The notes below the pieces were generated by a model. That model did no database searches and was not told the DNA's origin. It worked only from the letters and a program-made list of their open reading frames with translations. 64,000 bases of DNA from Deltaproteobacteria bacterium (GTDB taxonomy: Bacteria > Myxococcota_A > Polyangia > Polyangiales > Houyiibacteriaceae). Shown here piece after piece: positions 57,957 through 64,000 of this stretch. The stretch covers positions 192,001 through 256,000 of the forward strand of contig JAXMNT010000001.1 of assembly GCA_034670305.1 (NCBI GenBank). Reading direction: 5' to 3'. Numbering within the stretch: position 1 is the stretch's first letter; every line of letters begins with the position of its first letter. The position numbers were made by a program, and so were the translations under genes.

Positions 57957-60007
57957 GCATGAAGCGCGAAGAACCTCTGGCCACCGGCCGGAGAGCCCCT
58001 GCCCCGGACCCCCGCAACGACCGACGCCGCCACACGCTGCGCGTGCTGTTCGTCCTCACGGGATGCACGACCCTCCTCTCGAGCATGTTGTGGTTCACCG
58101 CGCCGGCCGACGCCGTGACGACGCGCCACTTCACCCTGGACGATGCGGCATCGCTCGCGGCTGGGGAACTCGACGGCACGATGGTGCTCTCGAGCGGCCA
58201 GGTCACCGTCGGCGTGGCGGTTCGACGCATCGAACTCGAAGGCGCCGCGCTCGCGTACAGCGTCGCCCGCTCCGGCGAGACGCTCTTCGTCGGCACCGGC
58301 GACGGCGGCAAAGTGTTCCGGGTCTCCGGTGACGAAGTGACCTTGCTGGCGGAGACCGGTCAGCTTCTGGTCGCGTCGCTCGCGTTGGCGGGGGACACCC
58401 TCTACGCGGGCACCTTGCCCGAAGGCCGCGTGTTCGCGATCACCGTCGCGGACGGTGCGATTCGCGAAGTCGCGCGCCTCGAAGGCGCCGAACACGTCTG
58501 GGACATGGTGTGGGACGCCGAGCGTCGCCGCCTCTTCGCCGCGACCGGCCCCGAGGGCAAGGTGTTCTCGATCGATCCGCAGGGCCGCGCGGAGGTCTAC
58601 TTCGACGCCGAAGAAGCGCACGTGATGTCGCTGGCGCTCGATGCGTCGGAGGGCGGCGGGCTCTACGCCGGCACGAGCGACGAAGCGATCGTCTACCGGC
58701 TGCGCGCGCCAGGCGAAGCCGAGGTCGTGTACGACTTTCCGGGCAACGAAGTCACCGCGCTCGATGCCCGCGACGGGGCGATCGCCGTCGTTGCCAACGA
58801 CATGCCGGCGCCGCGTCCCGCGAGCAAGACCAAGAGTGGATCCCGCGCGCCGCGCGCCGGCAAGGGCCGCCTCTACCGCGTCGATCCCGAAGGCCGCACC
58901 GAGTCTCTGTACCAAGACGACGACCTGCACTTCACGAGCGTGCGCATCGCCGCCGATGGTTCGATGTTCGTCGGCACCGGAAAAGAGGGGCGCGTGCTCC
59001 GCGTCTCGCCCGACCACACGAGCGCGACCTGGGCGGACGTGGACGAACGTCAGGTGCTCGACCTCGATCCGGGCGACGGCACGACGCGGCCGGTGTTCGT
59101 GACCGGCGACGGCGCGGCGCTCTACCGCGTAAGCGGCGCGACCCCAGACGAAGCGGTGTGGACGAGCAAGGTCCTGGACGCGAACTTCACCGCGCGCTTC
59201 GGTCAGCTCACCTGGCGGGGCACCGGCCGCATGGAGTTTCAGACCCGCTCGGGCAACGCCGAAGAACCGGACGGAAGTTGGAGCGACTGGTCGGCGGCGA
59301 TCCGCACGCCCGGACCCACCCGCAGCCCAGCCGCGCGGTTCGTGCAGGTGCGCGCGAAGCTCTTGCAGCCCGACGCGGTCCTGCGCGCGGTGCGGGTGTT
59401 CTACCTGCCGCAGAACCAGCGCGCGTTGGTGCACCACATCGCCACCAAGAACGGCAGCTCCCCGCGTTCGACCTACCCACTGACTTGGAAGGTCACCAAC
59501 CCCGACGACGACGAACTCCGGTACCGGCTCCGGTACCGCGCCGAAGGACAGACGCGCTGGCGACCGATGTTCCGCGAAGACCACCGCCTCACCAAGACGG
59601 CCTACAGCTGGGATACGAGCGGCTTGCCCGACGGCTACTACGAAGTCGCGATCGATGCATCCGACGAGCCGAGCAACCCGCGCACCTCGGTGTTGCGCGG
59701 AGAAGCGACCTCCGAGCCGATCCTCGTCGACAACCATCCGCCCCGCATCGAAGGGCTCGCCGCCCGCGGCACCACGATCAGTGGCCGCGCGGTGGACGCG
59801 ATGGGTCCGATCGCCGCACTCGAGATGTCGATCAACGGAGACGACTGGCAGCCGATCCATCCGGAGGATCACCTGCTCGACACCGCCAACGAACGGTTCG
59901 AGATCACGCTCACCGATCTCGAGAGCGGCGAACACATCGTCGCCATCCGCGCGAAGGACGCCGCTGGCAACGAAGCGTCCGCCGAAACCGTCCTCCGCGT
60001 CCCCTAA
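57953..60007 (+). CDS. Secreted beta-propeller protein with Fn3/Ig-like C-terminus
   Basis: Repeated LYAGT..G.V[FY] blades; WDTSGLPDG.Y; DAAGN; ATGA overlap. Confidence 0.8.
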   Translation: MSMKREEPLATGRRAPAPDPRNDRRRHTLRVLFVLTGCTTLLSSMLWFTAPADAVTTRHFTLDDAASLAAGELDGTMVLSSGQVTVGVAVRRIELEGAALAYSVARSGETLFVGTGDGGKVFRVSGDEVTLLAETGQLLVASLALAGDTLYAGTLPEGRVFAITVADGAIREVARLEGAEHVWDMVWDAERRRLFAATGPEGKVFSIDPQGRAEVYFDAEEAHVMSLALDASEGGGLYAGTSDEAIVYRLRAPGEAEVVYDFPGNEVTALDARDGAIAVVANDMPAPRPASKTKSGSRAPRAGKGRLYRVDPEGRTESLYQDDDLHFTSVRIAADGSMFVGTGKEGRVLRVSPDHTSATWADVDERQVLDLDPGDGTTRPVFVTGDGAALYRVSGATPDEAVWTSKVLDANFTARFGQLTWRGTGRMEFQTRSGNAEEPDGSWSDWSAAIRTPGPTRSPAARFVQVRAKLLQPDAVLRAVRVFYLPQNQRALVHHIATKNGSSPRSTYPLTWKVTNPDDDELRYRLRYRAEGQTRWRPMFREDHRLTKTAYSWDTSGLPDGYYEVAIDASDEPSNPRTSVLRGEATSEPILVDNHPPRIEGLAARGTTISGRAVDAMGPIAALEMSINGDDWQPIHPEDHLLDTANERFEITLTDLESGEHIVAIRAKDAAGNEASAETVLRVP

Positions 60008-60008
60008 C

Positions 60009-60426
60009 GATCGGCGGCGAGCACGTGCAGGCCGCCAGTCTCGCGAAGCGAGCCAGGCCCGCACCGAAACAAGAGTCACCGGTCGTGCACCTGCGCAGCC
60101 GCAGGCGAGCAACTGGTGCACTCCTCCATGGATCACCGAGCGCCGAACCGACGCGGTGCAGCCGAGCGAAGCGAGCCAGCCGTGTCACCGGGACGGGGTT
60201 TGGGGGCTGTGCCCCCGAGCAAGAGGAGCGCCTGGACGCCGCGCAGCCGCCACTTGTCCCAAGTGCATCTTCACTGAACCAAGGGATCGGCGGCGAGCAC
60301 GTGCAGGCAGCCCAGGTGGGGAGGAGGCCGAAGGCCGGAGGGGGAACCCTTCCCCCTCTGAAAACGACGGGCACGACTTAGGGCCGCCAGTCTCGCGAAG
60401 CGAGCCAGGCCCGCACCGAAACAAGA
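60009..60426 (+). repeat. Dispersed element, copy B, with 45-bp direct repeats and two palindromic inserts
   Basis: 60030-60074 = 60382-60426; 60009-60032 = 60285-60308; homologous to the reverse complement of 37352-37613. Confidence 0.9.
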
Positions 60427-60691
60427 ACGTGTGATCCCACACAGGCTTGGACGAATTGTCCCGCGATGAAACAGGTTCTGTCCCTCAAGCGGCAAACTGA
60501 CAGCCACGCACGCGTGCGACACCTCCGAATTCGCGTGATAGCCTGGGTCCACTTGCTTGTGGTCGCTGCCCGGAGCGTGCTAAAAGCCCGGCGATCGTCG
60601 GGTCATCCACCCACTTCATTTCCTAGGCTCCACGCAGGGGTCGGATGGAGCGGACTGAACCGGGTAACGATCCTTCGAAGGAGGCAAACGG

Positions 60692-61621
60692 ATGGATTGG
60701 AAGAAGTTGGCTTTTGGAGCGCTCCTGTCGGGATCGCTGGTCGCCACCGGATGTGGTGACGACGACTCGGGCATGATGACGCCGGACACGGGCATGGAAG
60801 TGGACGCAGGTCCGCCCACGCCGGCCGAATGTGGCGGCGACGACTGTTTCTTCGTCGTGGACGAGCTCTCGATCCCGGTCGCAGACAGCGCCATGCCGAA
60901 CGTCGTCAACGGGTTCGACCTCGACGGCCGCAACAGCGACGAGACCGACCTGGAAGGGTGCGGACAGCCGGACTTCGTCGCGCCCGATGGCCGCGAAGGC
61001 ATCGACAACCAGCTCTCGACCCTCGCCCCTCTCCTCGAGATGGCCGCGGGCAACCTGGACGAGACGATCGCCATGGCCATCGCCGAGGGCAGCATCCTCC
61101 TTCTCGCCGAGTACACGGCGGACGGTGGACCGATCAACACGAACGGCAGCGGCAGCCTGAGCCTCTACCTCGGTCAGACGACCGACGGTGGCGCGCCCAT
61201 GGTCACCGGCACGACCCTCACGCCCGGCCAGACGTTCAACCTGGACCCGGCCGGCAACCCGATCACGACGGTTCCCGTCACGGTCGTTTCCGGCACCGCG
61301 ACCGCCAGCGTCGAAGTCATCGCGCTTGCGATTCCCTTCGATGAGACGACGACCATCAACCTCAACATCCGCGACGCGCGCGTGCAGGCGACGATCACCG
61401 GAGACACCCTCGTGGGTGGCATCATCGGTGGTGGCCTCAACGTCGACGAGCTCGTGACGACCGTCATGGCCGTCGCGCCGGACTTCGATGCGATGATGCT
61501 CCGCAACATCCTCGAAGGCGTGACCGACCTCGAGCCCGACACGTCCGGCATCTGCCAGTCGCTTTCGGTGGGCCTCGAGTTCCACGCCGTCGCGGCCGTC
61601 AAGGGCACCACCGGCACCTGA
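60692..61621 (+). CDS. Hypothetical lipoprotein
   Basis: AAGGAGG RBS; VATGC lipobox; GFDLDG, GIDNQL. Confidence 0.8.
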   Translation: MDWKKLAFGALLSGSLVATGCGDDDSGMMTPDTGMEVDAGPPTPAECGGDDCFFVVDELSIPVADSAMPNVVNGFDLDGRNSDETDLEGCGQPDFVAPDGREGIDNQLSTLAPLLEMAAGNLDETIAMAIAEGSILLLAEYTADGGPINTNGSGSLSLYLGQTTDGGAPMVTGTTLTPGQTFNLDPAGNPITTVPVTVVSGTATASVEVIALAIPFDETTTINLNIRDARVQATITGDTLVGGIIGGGLNVDELVTTVMAVAPDFDAMMLRNILEGVTDLEPDTSGICQSLSVGLEFHAVAAVKGTTGT

Positions 61622-61643
61622 GCACAACGCTCTTTGATGCGAC

Positions 61644-61675
61644 ACGGTCGGCCTTCGGGTCGGCCGTTTTGCTTT
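61644..61675 (+). terminator. Intrinsic terminator
   Basis: ACGGTCGGCC-TTCG-GGTCGGCCGT-TTTGCTTT. Confidence 0.7.
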
Positions 61676-61925
61676 AACCCGTTTTGCTTTAACCGGTGTG
61701 GATGTGGCCGCAGGCTCCCGAACCTGGCTGCCGGCTGATACACTCGACCCAACCTCGCAGACCGGTCTGGGGTCCCACCGATGTGTTCGATCCGATCGGG
61801 GGAGATTGCCCCTGGTCCAGCAACCCCAAGATGTACGTGCAGCACCTAGAGTCACTTACCTTAATGCCCCAGGCACCCCCTTCGCCCTTGATCCATAAGT
61901 CCGGAACGGGCAACAATACCGGGGT

Positions 61926-64000
61926 ATGGGGATGAATCACCCCACCGGGGGCGCGAACCCACAAAGTCAGCGCCAAGGCGGTAAGCGGGTCATCCCGTTC
62001 GGAAAGTACCTTCTCCTCGATCGCATCGCGGTCGGTGGCATGGCGGAGGTGTTTATCGCCAAGTCGTTCGGTATCGAAGGATTCGAGAAGATCATCGCGA
62101 TCAAACGAATCCTCCCGACGATGGCGGAGGACGACGACTTCATCAACATGTTCATCGATGAGGCGAAGATCGCGGGCCAGCTGAGCCACGCGAACATCGC
62201 GCCCATCTACGAGCTCGGCAAGATCGGCGAGTCGCACTACATCGCGATGGAGTTCATCTGGGGCAAAGATCTGCTCCAGATCATGAACCGCTTCCGCCGG
62301 CTCCGGAAGCGCATGCCCGCGCCCATGGTCGCGTTCATCGGCGCGAAGATGTGCGAGGCGCTCGAGTACGCGCACACCAAACGCGATCGTCGCGGCGAAT
62401 CGCTGAACCTGATCCACCGGGACATCAGCCCGCAGAACATCCTCGTCAGTTACGACGGCGCGGTGAAGCTGATCGACTTTGGCATCGCCAAGGCGGCTTC
62501 GCGCACGACCAAGACCCAGGCTGGGGTGCTCAAGGGCAAGTTCGGGTACATGAGCCCCGAGCAGGTGCGCGGTCTCCCGATCGACAAGCGCTCCGACATC
62601 TTCGCGGTCGGCACGTGCATGTACGAGATGCTCACCGCCGACCGGCTGTTCGTCGGCGAGAGCGATTTCTCCACCCTTGAAAAGGTGCGCCACGCGTCGG
62701 TGCAGGCGCCCTCGGGCGTGGTGCCCGGTGTGCCCCCCGAGTTCGACGAGATCGTCATGCGCTCACTCGCACGCGAACCGGCGGATCGGTACCAGAGCGC
62801 CGGCGACCTCCAAGAGGCGCTGCAAGAGTTCCTCGCGGTTCAGCGTCCGCCCTTCACGACCTCGAAGCTCGCCGCATGGATGCGCTCGGCGTTCGAGAAG
62901 GAAGCCGACGGCGAGAAGGCCAAACTCGACGGGTACGCGCAGATCGGGCGGCCTTCCGTGCTCAGCGGCCGGCCTTCGTCCCCGCCGCCACCGCCCGAGC
63001 CCATGGGCCGCGCGACCGCCCGGCCGCCTGGGGCAGGCGGACCTCCATTGCCTCCGGCACCGCCGCCCGTGGCTGCGGCCGCCGACTTCGGCGTGCTCGA
63101 CGACGACGATCCCTTCGAAGACGACATGGTCGGCGAAGCCACCGTGGTCGGCGCGTCCCCGTTCGACGAGATGGAAGAGGGCGCGTTCCAAGACGATGAT
63201 CTCGAGGGCGAAGCCACGCAGATCTTCTTCTCGGCCGACGACATGGAGCTCATCGAGGAATCGTCGCCCGCAACGGCCCCGATGCCCCAGCACGGTCCGT
63301 CGGTACAGGTCTTCGGAGCGCCGCGCGGCGGTGCCCCGGCGCCCGCACCCACACCCGCCCCGAGCCCCGGCGCGTTCACGGCTCCGGCTCCGACGCCAGG
63401 TCGCGGCGTTCCTCGCGTTGCGCCCGCGCCCACACCCGGTGCGCCTGGATTCGGTGCACCGGCACCGGCGGTCGGCGGCATGGGCATTGGGGATGACCGG
63501 CCCACCATGATGGGCGATCCGATGCCTCCAGGACCCCAGCCCCATGCTGGACCGGCGGCCGGTTTCGCGATGCCGCCGGGTGGGCCCGGCCCGCAGCGCC
63601 ACATGCCCACGGCCGAACTCAGCCGCATCCCGACCGGGGAGATCCCCGTTCCCGCCCAAGCCGATCGCAGCAAGAAGATCGCGTTCATCGCGATCGGCGC
63701 GGTCGCGCTGGTGGCCGCCGGGGTGGGTGGTGCGTTTGTCGTCATGGGCGGCGGACCGGACACCGGCAGCGTCGAGATCCGCACCGTGCCTGAGGCCAAC
63801 GCCGAGATCCGGATCGATGGAACCGTGCGCGGCAACGCGCCGGCACGGATCAGTGAGATCCCATCCGGCACGCGCATCATCGAGGTCATCGCCGAGGGCT
63901 ACCGCGCTGTGCGCCGCGAAGTCGAAGTCGGCGCTGGCACGACCGCGATGCTCGACATCGTGCTCATCGGGGAGCAGCCGCCGGTGGCCGTCGCCAGCAA
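61926..64000 (+). CDS. Ser/Thr protein kinase with Pro-rich linker, TM and PEGA-like domain (runs off the window)
   Basis: Translated by hand (absent from the ORF track): PFGKYLLLDRIAVGGMAEVF, HRDISPQN, DFGIAK, GKFGYMSPEQ. Confidence 0.92.
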   Translation, partial: MGMNHPTGGANPQSQRQGGKRVIPFGKYLLLDRIAVGGMAEVFIAKSFGIEGFEKIIAIKRILPTMAEDDDFINMFIDEAKIAGQLSHANIAPIYELGKIGESHYIAMEFIWGKDLLQIMNRFRRLRKRMPAPMVAFIGAKMCEALEYAHTKRDRRGESLNLIHRDISPQNILVSYDGAVKLIDFGIAKAASRTTKTQAGVLKGKFGYMSPEQVRGLPIDKRSDIFAVGTCMYEMLTADRLFVGESDFSTLEKVRHASVQAPSGVVPGVPPEFDEIVMRSLAREPADRYQSAGDLQEALQEFLAVQRPPFTTSKLAAWMRSAFEKEADGEKAKLDGYAQIGRPSVLSGRPSSPPPPPEPMGRATARPPGAGGPPLPPAPPPVAAAADFGVLDDDDPFEDDMVGEATVVGASPFDEMEEGAFQDDDLEGEATQIFFSADDMELIEESSPATAPMPQHGPSVQVFGAPRGGAPAPAPTPAPSPGAFTAPAPTPGRGVPRVAPAPTPGAPGFGAPAPAVGGMGIGDDRPTMMGDPMPPGPQPHAGPAAGFAMPPGGPGPQRHMPTAELSRIPTGEIPVPAQADRSKKIAFIAIGAVALVAAGVGGAFVVMGGGPDTGSVEIRTVPEANAEIRIDGTVRGNAPARISEIPSGTRIIEVIAEGYRAVRREVEVGAGTTAMLDIVLIGEQPPVAVAS

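Overview
GC-rich bacterial chromosome segment. The gene content (Ser/Thr kinases, an FHA-GAF sigma-54 activator, many Cys-lipoproteins, DUF4331) suggests Myxococcota; this is an inference. About 47 CDS are supported: a DUF4331/TPR cluster, penicillin-acylase-family amidase, phoH, phosphodiesterase + GT4, an 8-gene MoxR/DUF58/VWA/ABC operon, LysR, L,D-transpeptidase, cytochromes c, TetR + MBL hydrolase, MFS transporter, moaA, kinases and a SpoIVB-type peptidase. No rRNA, tRNA, CRISPR, transposase or reverse transcriptase was seen. The main discovery is a cassette present three times (about 3.3-4.2, 8.75-9.2 and 13.9-15.05 kb): hexamer microsatellite, then a conserved TGTAGCCTCT..CCTTCGGA motif, then a ~130-nt nested, covarying stem-loop core, then a small four-helix-bundle (23S-IVP/Avd-like) gene. 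Many hairpin loops in it read as GNA triloops on the minus strand, which suggests ssDNA/cDNA structure. One copy is flanked by 160-bp direct repeats, and one has lost the gene after four codons. A second, unrelated direct-repeat-bounded element occurs at 37.35 and 60.0 kb. All product names come from visual motif recognition, not database searches.
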